A stretch of 52,102 bases of DNA, filler included, from Bipalium vagum (Eukaryota): the NCBI GenBank assembly GCA_037834085.1. It is 3 parts of 3 records of this genome, joined end to end, with 100 filler letters (N's around TTAATTAATTAA, not from the genome) between each part and the next. Parts side by side here need not be neighbours in the genome. Positions count along the whole stretch, not along the records: positions 17,560 to 33,191 come from JBBMKC010154842.1; positions 33,292 to 52,102 come from JBBMKC010018522.1; 1 more part is not named here. One strand, 5' to 3'. The notes beneath the pieces are model-generated. The model worked only from the letters and a program-made list of their open reading frames with translations. It had not been told where the DNA came from and searched no databases. Shown here one piece after another: positions 25,201-35,400 of this stretch (positions are counted from its first letter, which is position 1; each line of letters opens with the position of its first letter). Made by a program: the position numbers and the translations under genes.

Positions 25201-28200
25201 GTTATATAATCTAATACTCAGGAATAAATTAATTAACATTTTTCTTTGTAAAATATTTTTTATAGAAAACTAATTTCTTATATTGATAATAATTTGATAA
25301 AATGATATCTTGACCCAATTACTCTTAATGTCGATTTTCATTTAGATCAACCGATTACTTTAAGCGTGGAACATTTAATAAAAATTTGACTAGAGATGTT
25401 CCGAAGTAAATAAAAAAAATAATTAATCCTTATGAAATATTGTGGTTCAGACCAAATACCTATTATGGAATAATTCATTTACCCGTGGGGAATTATACAT
25501 ACAAATTTATAGTTGATGACAAATGGACTTTCGATAAACATAAAGTAATTGTTAAAAATTAATTAAGTTTTATTTAATTAGTTAATTATATTAAAATTAA
25601 TAATTTAATTATTTCTTAATTGATTCATAACATAGTTATTATAAAATCAGAATGAAATTTGATATTTGATAATCAATTTGAAATTTATTGATCGAAAAAT
25701 ATTTAATCGTTTTTCCTTTAATTGATTTTCGTATTTCATTTCATAAATGTCTTATGTAGAATTATTCAATAATTTAAGGTAATTTATTTATTATATTCAG
25801 AAAAATAATAGTTTAAATTTGTTTCCCCTTTCAATGTATTGTTAATATGCAAATAAATATTAACCAAACTGAATTTAATTCTGATTCAAAATAATGGTTC
25901 TTTCGAATCGATTTATTCACCACAAAAGAAAAATCACTTCACAATAATTAGAATTAAACCGAAAATAGGGACAAAAGCAAATTGATTCAAAGTGATCAAT
26001 ACATTGAATCAATTTGCTTTTGTCCCTGTTCTCGATTTAAGTCTAATTTTTGTCTGGCTTGAATTTTTTCTCATACAATGGTTTTTATACAAATTAAGTT
26101 TAAAAAATAATTAATTAGATTTAATGAATATAAGGCTATGGTTGAGTGTTATTTTTCCATTTATTTATATTTTATTAGAGTTAGTAAATAGAAAGGGTGT
26201 GATTCTTTTGCACGACAACGATCGACCGCACGTGGCAAGCTCGTCCTTACAAAAATTAAACCAGTTTTGATACGAAACCCTGCCTCATTCAGCTTACTCA
26301 CCAGACCTTTCGTCCAGGGTTTATCACTTTTTAAACATCCGCTTAATTTTCTGAAGGATAAATATTTCAGAAATCAAGATGATGCCAAACAAGCCTTCAA
26401 TAATTTCATCGCTACCAGAGATAAGAACTTTTATGCAAATGACATAAACTTGTGACTTGTTGGCGAAAGTGTATTGATTTAAATGTATCTTTTTTGTTTA
26501 GCTGTGTCTTTTTTATTAAAATATATTCTTTCAAAGTTCTATATTAAAAACGACATTATTTTTTGAACAACCTAATACTTGCGTAATCTCACATTTAAAA
26601 TAACTCTGAGAATAATGGTTAATTCGCAGTAATTAAAATCCTATCAAGCAAGAAAAATTCTGACTTAAACTGCATGAAAGTGATGAAAATAAGCATCTGT
26701 CTTTAGAAAATTATACTTACACTGAAAATTTTCAGCTGATAAATTGTAACTAAATTAAGTGTTTTTATCTATCATTATATTTGTTAATTTTTAATATTGC
26801 TGGTTTCGCCCAAAGACAATTTTAAAATAGAATTAGAGAAGGATGATAATAATAATACTAAAAATAGTAATTAAATAAAATATATATTTAATATTTTAGA
26901 AATTTTTAATTGACTTACTGAATTTCCTCAGTGGTGGCTATATTTGGAAAAGTATTGCCACGTAGGACAATTCAAGATTATTTTTGGGAAAGTTTTCCCA
27001 TTCAAGACGTTATTGGTCGATAATGGACATTTGTTGATTTTATATTTAAGGAATGGCAAATCGGGAAAATTTACTTAGAAATTCAAAAGAATATTGTGAA
27101 TCCAATTGATATTTTCGCGATTCAAAAGATTCAACTGCTTTGACGAAGATATTTTGAAAAGAACAAAAATATTATTCCAAATAAGAAAAAGAATTTTTTG
27201 AAGAAGATCCCAAAATTTGTTTATGTTCTACATTATTGTTCAAGGACAAACCCTGTGTAGTTCTGTCGTCTTTGGATGCGTCTGACTGACGATCCAAATG
27301 TTGGTTGAATTCTCGTTCGGATAATTTTTTTTCATAGCTCAACTATTTATACAAGGTGTCCCATAAGTCCCAGTGGAAAGTAAACTTAAATATCTTTTAT
27401 TAAATTCAATCGATTGAAATATCTATTTATATAATATTAAAGTATGTAAGTCTAAGTTTTGTTTTAATATTTTAAAATTAGATTTAGAAAATGCCACTTG
27501 ATTTGAAGTTAAGAATCAAAGTTGTACTTTTAATGGCCAAATTAAACTCAGTCTGTGTTGTTAAACGGAAATTAAATGCCGAATTTGGGAAAACCTCACC
27601 AAGTGAAAGTGTTATAAGAGAGACTTTTCATCGTTTTTGAGAGATTGGCTCAGTGGAAGATCGTGAACGTTCTGGAAGACCAAGGCTGATCACTGAAAAT
27701 GAAGTTCAGAAAATGAGTGAAGTTATTGAAAGTGACCCACAATGCAGTGTTCAATCTGTTGCAACCACCTGCTCCATTTTGAGAAACAGCAACAGAACAG
27801 AATAGCGTATTTTTAAATATGGTAAAAAGGATGAATTTATGTATATTAGTAAATGGTAGTCATTTCAAACAATTTTTGTAAATATTTTTATATGAAATAA
27901 AAATTAAAAGATTTGTCTTTAATTTTATAAAACAAGCGATTAAATATCTCAATCTGCTTAAGAAATATTTAAGTTTACTTTCCGCTGGTGCTTATGGGAC
28001 ACCCTGTACTGGTTTTCATTGTTTGATTTATCTCATTTATTGAACTATCGATTCATTTTTATTGCTATTGATTTATGTTTTTTGTGTATATTTTATTGTT
28101 GATATTGATTATGAATGATTTATTTGATTTTAAATAACAGAAATTTGTGCTAATGAACAATTTGATATTTTTGTTAACCATTGGGTGTTGTTAATAAGAT

Positions 28201-30520
28201 TTTATTGTTGAACTGATTTTTTTATTATTAACACCAGTTATTAATGATTAGAAAGATAACTACTGAATAGATTAAATTCATACTACTAGCTTAATATACT
28301 AACATAAATTACTGAGCAGCCAACGTAATTCTAATAATCAGTTGGCATTTGTAAAAGGTTTGGACCAATGTTACCAGACCTTTTGTAAGAATGGCATTCT
28401 GGTCTGACTTGCTCTACAACAGGTGGTGTCTTATATTCTGCTTCATATCTCCGTACATTCTGGTATCTATCGTTCCTCAAGATGTCGCTGTATGTTCTTA
28501 TGGTATTGGCCTGATCAGTCAGTTTCTGTCGGATTGCATCCATTATTTTTCATAAAATCTTCCATTTCCTCAACTCTTTCTAACTTCTTCATCGTTTATG
28601 CCCCTGATTAAAGCTTTTTTCAAAAGGATTTTCTTTGTGAAATTAATATGACAAAATACCTTCCACCATTTTATGAAGTTTCTTAAGAAAATTATTCATA
28701 CTATTGGCATTTATGAGATAGTTAACAAACCTTTCCAACCCAACCAACATATCTTTTGGTTTAGAAAAGACCAACTGGAGTCCTTTAGCCAAACCAAAAC
28801 TTTCCTTCCGTGCTTTCTTATTTCTCCACTAAATCTAGATTTAATAAACAATAGATCAGAGTTTATTGGTGTTTCTTTCATTTTAAAATACCTTATGCAC
28901 TGTACGATGAACTTCTTAACATTGTCACCTTTACAGAACATTTTTGGTAGGAGAAATATCAATATATATCAATATTAGATATATATATATATATATATAT
29001 CAGAGGATTGATAGTTTGATGAAAGGGAAGTAACCAGATTTGTAATTTAAGATTTTAAAGCGCGGAAAGTAGGAGTGAGTAATCATGGAAATACAAGAGA
29101 TAAGAATGTGGTCAAAATAAGTATTAATGAGAGAGTGGTATCAACATTATTAGATTCTATAAACTACATTCTCAATAATAATCGATATAATACTAAGAGA
29201 ATGGTTAAATGATAGTGAGAGAAGAAAATTTTGAGTTTCAAGGCAAAGTATTATGTTTGATCGAACAATGAGGGCACTAGTTAGAACATGATATGCGAGT
29301 GATGAAAAATTGTCCATATGATGGATTTATAGGGATGGATATTTTATCAAAATTACAAGGAGTGGCTTTTGACCTAGTCACAGGACACCTCATTCATGCA
29401 CAAGGAAAATATATGTTCAAAATGATGCTCGATAAAATCCAATGATCCACAATATTCACAGTGATGGATCTGCAAAAAGGTTATAATCAAATAGTCTTGA
29501 ACGAAGACAGATAAGAAATAACAGCATTCGTGACCACCAAGTGATTGTATCAGTACAACAGGATTCCATTCAGACTAAAGAGAGCAGCAAAACATTCCAA
29601 AGATTAATGAATCTGATATTGAGGAACGTGGATATGCCATGGTTTATTTAGATTACATGATAATATTCTCTATTAATGATGACGAACATATAACAGATAT
29701 AGCTGCAATATTGCAAAGACTAAAAGTAGCAAGATTACAGGTCAAACCAGCAAAATGTGAATGGATGAAGAATAATGTTAAATATGTAGACCATATTGTG
29801 TCAGAATCAGGAATTCGACCGAATCCAGAAAATGTACAAAGGTAGAAAATTGTGTCATCCCCAAGAATACAGGAGAAGAGAGAAAGTTTCTGAGATTAGC
29901 AGACTATTATCGAAAATCGTTTTATCACATTGATGCCAGAGATGTTTGCAATGAAGAATCAAATAGCGGTAACTATAGCAAAGATTTCTTTATAAGAAAT
30001 TATCGTCAGGACAGACCACCGCGAAAAAAGTTGAAAAACAGAGACACGAATTTTATGAGTGAGTTAATTAAGGAAAAATGCGAATTATTTGCAATTCGAA
30101 AACAGAACACATCCCCATATAAACCCAAAAAATGGCTTTGTGGAATGAATTAACAGTCCATTGCGTAGATGGATATCATTTTACGTAATATTGTTTCTGT
30201 CAATTAGTTTGGTTTCAGAAATGAATTCGTGATTCTCAATTGATTTTCTGAATGTATATTATTACCTTGTAGGGATATCACAAAATGTTTGATTTAGTTA
30301 GGGTCATAACCTTTTACAGATGTTCTGATAATTGATTTGATTTATTACACTTCCTAAATGTTTTTATAGATGGATTTCTATTCATTATTAATTTCAGCCA
30401 CATGTAATTAATTCGATGGGAACTCCTGAAAATACTATTGAAGTAAAAAGATCTGATTTTAGAGTATTAGAAGCTCTTCGAAATGATGAGGTTATTGGAC
30501 TAATAAATTCGCAATGTAAG
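19273..30520 (+). CDS. PRKAB: AMP-activated protein kinase beta subunit-like (PRKAB family), exons 19273-19311, 21647-21840, 25451-25544, 30398-30515/30520; C-terminal exons not found
   Basis: Phase-consistent splice: MGNNLVNDKKKDM|NESND...IPILFQWPYGGRSVYVSGSFNDWKEKIKLKQI|PNTYYGIIHLPVGNYTYKFIVDDKWTFDKHK|PHVINSMGTPENTIEVKRSDFRVLEALRND. It has the MGN N-terminus, a CBM48 glycogen-binding module and the VKxxDFxVxxAL segment typical of AMPK beta. All junctions are GT-AG. Confidence 0.9.
19424..20576 (-). mobile_element. Tigger-like pogo element, internally deleted and 5'-truncated (AMPK-beta intron 1)
   Basis: TA-CTGTGGAACCTC end; CENP-B-type HTH (VEQALLIW, LPVSGPMLKYKA, FCASKDWITRFK); C-terminal PIP-box-like QRTITDYFK*; DDE core missing. 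Confidence 0.8.
20577..21525 (+). mobile_element. pogo DD35D (Passer-like) element, 5'-truncated
   Basis: RRYGLSLRRST, STGYESARVTC, then LLIWDSASTH...IPGGMTTYLQTLDISINKPFK with 35 residues between the last two Asp. 3' TIR GGTCTTATTTTCGAAGAAACACGG-TA. Confidence 0.88.
22790..23870 (-). mobile_element. Decayed DD39D-type (plant mariner-like) transposase, with D2-D3 spacing 42 here
   Basis: TLERKSGSGRR; VNIYEKWF (cf. VHIDEKWF); RIMILSAIAKP (cf. KVMFLxAVARP); IQMDNTRP...QPAKSQDLNINDIGFFTSL (cf. QPPNSPDLNILDLGFF). TIRs not identified. Confidence 0.7.
24100..25067 (-). mobile_element. mariner 5' part (TIR at ~25040-25067, ATG at 24427) with a ~530-bp foreign insert
   Basis: TA-TTGGGTGTCCAAGAAAGTTTATGCG TIR; MQD*KLYFRHILLFYF; GDDALSIRV; RSGRPSHID...NPSNTVREVA. 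Confidence 0.78.
24500..25030 (-). pseudogene. PCF11-like gene fragment (frameshifted), lying between the mariner TIR and the transposase start
   Basis: IITVDETKYNLHLDRIQPCIFVNNELHAVRFYSPNLELLIDNVPFEISVNGLAHIKINPRFYIATLGGPGQE/LIINGWPYNVRIDGNMHIITVDGFPMSLQF resembles the LG(A/G)PxxELxIDGxxY beta-repeat region of invertebrate Pcf11. Visibly GC-richer than its flanks; one frameshift and stops. Confidence 0.55.
25946..26048. repeat. Long inverted repeat / hairpin: 45-bp arms, 13-nt loop
   Basis: 25946-25990 versus the reverse complement of 26004-26048: 4 mismatches, inner 24 bp perfect. Confidence 0.92.
26190..26575 (+). mobile_element. mariner 3' remnant with TIR
   Basis: GVILLHDNDRPHVA, YETLPHSAYSPDLS; ends in TTTTTGAACAACCTAA-TA. 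Confidence 0.85.
27352..28006 (+). mobile_element. Non-autonomous deletion derivative of a rosa/Tc1-like element (655 bp)
   Basis: ~48-bp TIRs CA(A/G)GGTGTCCCATAAG...GGAAAGTAAACTTAAATAT, TA flanks. Only the DNA-binding part remains (MPLDLKLRIKVV...GSVEDRERSGRPR). Confidence 0.9.
28330..28962 (-). mobile_element. LTR-retrotransposon gag-like remnant
   Basis: LPKMFCKGDNVKKFIVQCIRYF resembles a gag N-terminus; ECHSYKRSGNIGPN is a degenerate zinc knuckle. Confidence 0.5.
28979..29000. repeat. (AT)n microsatellite
   Basis: About 11 AT units between the gag-like and pol remnants. Confidence 0.9.
29060..30170 (+). mobile_element. Ty3/Gypsy pol remnant (reverse transcriptase, short integrase piece)
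   Basis: FTVMDLQKGYNQI, TAFVT, RIPFRLK, VYLDYMIIFS (YLDD mutated), KPAKCEW, HIVSESGIRPNP, later TSPYKP. Confidence 0.9.
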
Positions 30521-31124
30521 GTAAAAATTTAGTTATATATTTACAAATTTAAAAATTAATTTCTTATAAATGTCATATATTTTATTAAGTATTAGGTAAT
30601 GATATTTAATGAATTTGATTTTTTTATATATTTTTTATTGTTAATGAATAAAAATTTTAATATTTGGAAAATATTTACCAAAGCGCGTACTTGATCTCAT
30701 CCAAAAATCTAATGGTTGCGATGGATTATTAGAACAATACGCTTTTAGGACTAAAAACTTTATTCAACTTACATTGATATAAAAACAATTCAAATCAATA
30801 TTGTCTCTATAACAGAGCATAAAAGAAAACGATATATTTATTTTAATCCTAATATTCTCAGTAACTAAATCAATATATCACAATATATCAATGGTTTCAT
30901 TTGACTGCTTACTGATTATACCTCGGTTACCAAAACTAATAATGAAATAAAGATAAAGAGATTGAATGGACAAAAAATTTAAATCAAATACATGAAAAAA
31001 ACGAAAATAAAGTGAAACCAAAATGTCTGTTTATCACTTAAACTAGAAAACTTTTCAACAGTTACCTGGATCTAATATGGTACCGTCGACTTTTCACAGT
31101 TTAAATTTAACTTCCAAACTCATA

Positions 31125-32712
31125 CACTGCCATGCAAAAAAAATTGGACAGAAATTTTAAAGAGAAAAATGCATTTAAAACGAAAGTTCGCGCGATTAGA
31201 AATGTTAATTGTTCAAAAAATACGAATTTATGCCCGGCAGATATAATATCACAGTTAAGTTACAGATAGTCTTAATTTTTAAGTGAGCTATTTATTTTCA
31301 TAAGAAATGGACATTTTTATGAAAATATTTCATATGTTGTTATTACCACTTTATATTCAAGGTACTACTTTATCCTTTAATAAAATATATTTATTATTGT
31401 TTTATCGTTGCTTCTGGTAGTGTTTATTTAAAATCAAATCTTTATAGATCATATACAATTATTCCGATGAGTTTTTTACTGAAACTCAGGCCTCAAAATA
31501 ATCTTTATCTTGAGAAAAGGGTTATTATAGAATCTTATCAATCTGATGGCCTTTATCTCGCAGAAATTTCAAGGAAAATGAATATTCCAAGAACAACAGT
31601 AACCCATGAAATTCAGCGATACAGTGAAACTGAATACAATTCAGATAGATCGCGCAGTGGAAGATAACAAATCAAGAATACCAATCAATTATATTGGTTT
31701 CTAAGTAAGACAGATATCTGGCGGCTTCAGAAATTACTACTGATTTCATTATTGGTCATGACAAAAGAATTTCAGTAGATACGGTTAAACCAAGGTTTAG
31801 ACCAGTTGGTCTGTTTAGCAGAATTTCTGTGCGAAACCACTCCTGTGGTCCCAAAACAGGAGAAAATGAATTAAGTGGAATAAAAAAAAATATTATAATT
31901 GAACTACAGAAGGCTTCAAAAAAATTTATGGACAGATGAGTCTAATTTGACGTATTTGGCAGTAACAGATGTATATATGTAAATTTTTTACACAACAAGA
32001 ATATGATCCCAAATTTTATAACTCCAACGGTTAAATTCGAAGGAATTTGGGGTGAGTTTTGGTGGTTTTGGGTGGGTTTTCATTCAAAGGATTCATCCCC
32101 TTGTATATGATCAAAGGAATTTTTGAAACTAAAGCAAAATCACAGCATATTTGTTCACAAGACAGTTCCTGCAGGAAAGAAACTTATTAGACATAGATTT
32201 GTTCTGCACTAAGATAATGATCCTAAACATACTGTTAAGCTTTCTCAAAATTATCTAAACAAAAATTAGGAAGATGGAACTTACAATCATGGATTGGTCA
32301 CCACAATCTCTTGATTTGACTTAGATAGAGTTACTCTGTGATGAATTGATTAGTCTGATCAGAAAAAAATTCCCGTCTTCTCAAGAACACCTTTGAAGCT
32401 TATTGAAATATGAATAAAATTGTTTTGAATCATCTAAATTTCAAAATCTTATCAAGAGAATGCCCAGAATCTTTTAAGCTGAATTAAAAGTAAAGGGTGA
32501 GTTATTCGACCAAAAAAAAATTTGATAATTTTATTTTGAATTCTTCGTAATAATCTATCTATGTTTTTATTGTCTATTAATTTATTAAATGTTGAAGATG
32601 TATATATTTTATTGTTTCCATATTATAGTTTTCACATACTTCAAAGTTTTAATTAGATTTTATTAATAGACCATTATAATATTCATTCTCAAAGAACTTT
32701 TGCACGGCTATG
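31125..32712 (+). mobile_element. Full-length decayed Tc1-like element, D..E spacing ~37-38 (Intruder/DD38E-like)
   Basis: TIRs CACTGCCATGCAAAA / reverse complement CATAGCCGTGCAAAA with TA flanks; HTH + RSGR (ORF 31467); WTDES, DNDPKHT, DWSPQSLDLT*IE; 112 nt between D2 and E, including one frameshift. Confidence 0.85.
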
Positions 32713-32895
32713 TAAATTCCCAAATCAAAATCAATCTCATTAACTAGAAACAAATTCAATTAGTAGTTTAAAAAAATCAAATTCAAAGTCGAAGTTATTT
32801 AATTAAAATCAAAAAAATTTCTTTAACCAAATTAAAAGTCGTATCCCTCTCAAATCACATATTACTTTATTTTAAAACTGAATCCGGTTATTGTT

Positions 32896-33191
32896 TTGTT
32901 TCTGGCCTCAACTGATCAATGTGACAATCTCGAACTCCCATGTGAAGCGCACTCAGCCAAAACAATTTATTGTCCTCTCAATATTAGCAACCAGCATTGG
33001 ATTCTATTTATCTATCAGAAAGAGGCCAAACAGTCGTTCCATATGGATCCTTTAGAAATTCCTTTCAAACCGGTTATAGTTCTCAAATTAATTAGAGCTC
33101 TAAATTTTAATTTAAACAAAATATTCAATATGAACTGCCTGATGAGTGTTTCCCCATATCCAGAAATTATACGCCAAGACAACAATTACGA
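32896..33191 (+). mobile_element. Ulp1/C48 cysteine-protease domain fragment, probably retrotransposon-borne (NeSL/R5-like)
   Basis: IYCPLNISNQHWILFIY...HMDPL...RQDNNY(D) carries the His, Asp and oxyanion Gln of the C48 family; the catalytic Cys (DCG) would fall in the gap. Confidence 0.7.
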
Positions 33192-33291
33192 NNNNNNNNN
33201 NNNNNNNNNNNNNNNNNNNNNNNNNNNNNNNNNNNTTAATTAATTAANNNNNNNNNNNNNNNNNNNNNNNNNNNNNNNNNNNNNNNNNNNN
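33192..33291. other. Assembly spacer: 44 N + TTAATTAATTAA + 44 N
   Basis: Same structure as 17460-17559. Confidence 0.97.
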
Positions 33292-33352
33292 ATAATAATA
33301 ATAATAATAATAATCATAATAATAATAATTAATAATAATAATAATAATAATG
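33292..33352. repeat. (AAT)n microsatellite at the contig start
   Basis: Imperfect tandem AAT units. Confidence 0.9.
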
Positions 33353-34279
33353 ATTAATTATTAATGCTTTATTGTTTAAATAATAAATATTAAAAGGTAC
33401 AGTTGTAAATAATTGCACGATATAATTATTGATTTATTAATAATAATTTATTATAATTAATTATTAAGAAACTGAAAATTTTTTTTATATATTTTAATTT
33501 ATTTTAAGCCAGAAAAATTCGGGAATTATTTTATTTCCTTTTTTAACGAATTGAATAATACTAATAATTGTGCCATTAAATAAAGCTTTTTAATCCATTT
33601 CTAAATTTTGAAATTTTTAAAAATATTTTTACGAAGAAATTACATTTTTTCAGAATAATTTGCATTTTTTGAATTATTCTTAAGAAATTTTGCAATTTTT
33701 CCGAAAAGTTTTGCATTTTTGTGGTTGCTTTAATGATAATAGCCACAACAATAATATCATCACTGTAAAATTATTACGTAAAATCAATAAATTATAATTT
33801 TCAACTTGAATTTATAATAATAATTAATAATAGTGCTGCTCGATGATCGTATAAAATAATTCTTCACGTAGTTTTTATGTTTCCAGCATCAATTTCATTT
33901 CATTGACGACCAAGTTTTGATTTGCCCCACATGGATGTAAGTCCACCTATGAATTAAATAAATTGTCGATAACTCAAGTTTCAAAATGTCCGTTGAGGGA
34001 CTGTGGTCTCGAATTACATTCGAAACGAATTCAGAGAAAGACAGGAAATATTATTTAATCAATCATTTCATTTTGTCCAATTTTTCTATTTTGCTCTGTT
34101 TATCACCTTTAGGTCAACAATCATTTCAAAAAATGATTCCTTGTAATTTTTTGTCAACATATTTACAAAAGGTTCTCATTGACAATCTTATTTCTGGAGA
34201 AAAATGCTGATGTCTTGGAAAAATTTAAGAATTTGTAATTATTATTTGGTCTTTAGTGCAACTGAAGCCATAACACAAA

Positions 34280-34830
34280 AACCAGACACTGTTTGTGCTA
34301 AACATAAAATGGATTGGGACGTTCAATGAAAAAATAGTCAGATGGTTTTGCGAATTATTGGCACGTTTTGGAAAAAAAAAAGATTTGGTTCAATGGCATG
34401 AGGCAAGCTGGGGGGGGGTGGTTCTTTAAAGATCTTTGCACGTTTCGATTTCCATGGAAAGTCAACTGTAGCGTCTGTTTTTGGAAAGGAAAACCAATTA
34501 GAGACATTAATTGGATCATCTCCTACCTTTTCTGAATGAAAGCGGTAATAATATTTCCATATTCCAGCATAATAACCACCGATATCACGTGGCCAGATCC
34601 ACTTTACACTGTCTTCAAGGAAAAAATATTGGGCATGTCCTAGGTCCCATGTTTATGAGACATTAATCCGATAGAAAATTTATGAGGAATGGTTGTCCGT
34701 AGTGTTTATGAAAGTGGAAAACAATTCCAGTCCATTAAAATGTTAAATTGATTATTCTCCGTTCTTCGGAGAACATGGAAAAGAGGACATTGAAAACCGT
34801 GTTGAATTTCTCAAATTTTTAATAATCACG
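34280..34830 (+). mobile_element. Tc3-like transposase remnant
   Basis: DGFANYWH and DINPIENL*GMVVRSVYESGKQF (cf. SPDLNPIENLWG..VR.VY). Confidence 0.72.
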
Positions 34831-34898
34831 ACTTTCCATTAAATATTAATAATATTAGCACTTCACCTTTATTATTAGTATTTAGTTATATTTTTATA

Positions 34899-35400
34899 TA
34901 AGGTTGAACAGAAAGTTCTTGCCGATATTTAAGCAAAAATAAAAAACATGGTTTTATAACAAAGTTGTTTATTTTTTTCCATTATTTTCAACAAATCGTC
35001 TCCATCTTTCTAGCAAACCATCGATACCTCAGGCAAAGAATTCTTCGTATTTCGAGTCGAAGAAACTCTTAAGAGCAGAGTTAAAATCACTCGAAAAAAA
35101 TGAGTTCCTAAAATATGGGTTCCTAAAAAATGAGTTTAACGGGGTTAATAAAATCGAATAATAGACTTTAAGGTAACTCAACAAAATAAATATGATTAGA
35201 AGGGTTTACAGATGAAAGATCAAATCACAATAACCAAATTTTGAAACCAGAATCGAACTGTTCTATCTTTTACGGCCTCATCTCCCAATACGTACTGTAA
35301 TTTTCTGGTCGCCTGAGCCGCACTGTTTTTTCTGAAATTCTTAGACGATGCAATGTCGTAGATGTTGTTTGCCACAATTCACTTTAACGCTATGTAAACA
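34899..35400 (-). mobile_element. Internally deleted mariner
   Basis: TA-TAAGGTTGAACAGAAAGTT end; VLGDEAVKDRTVRFWF (N-terminal) close to FFDSKYEEFFA*GIDGLLERWRRFVENNG (C-terminal). Confidence 0.8.
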
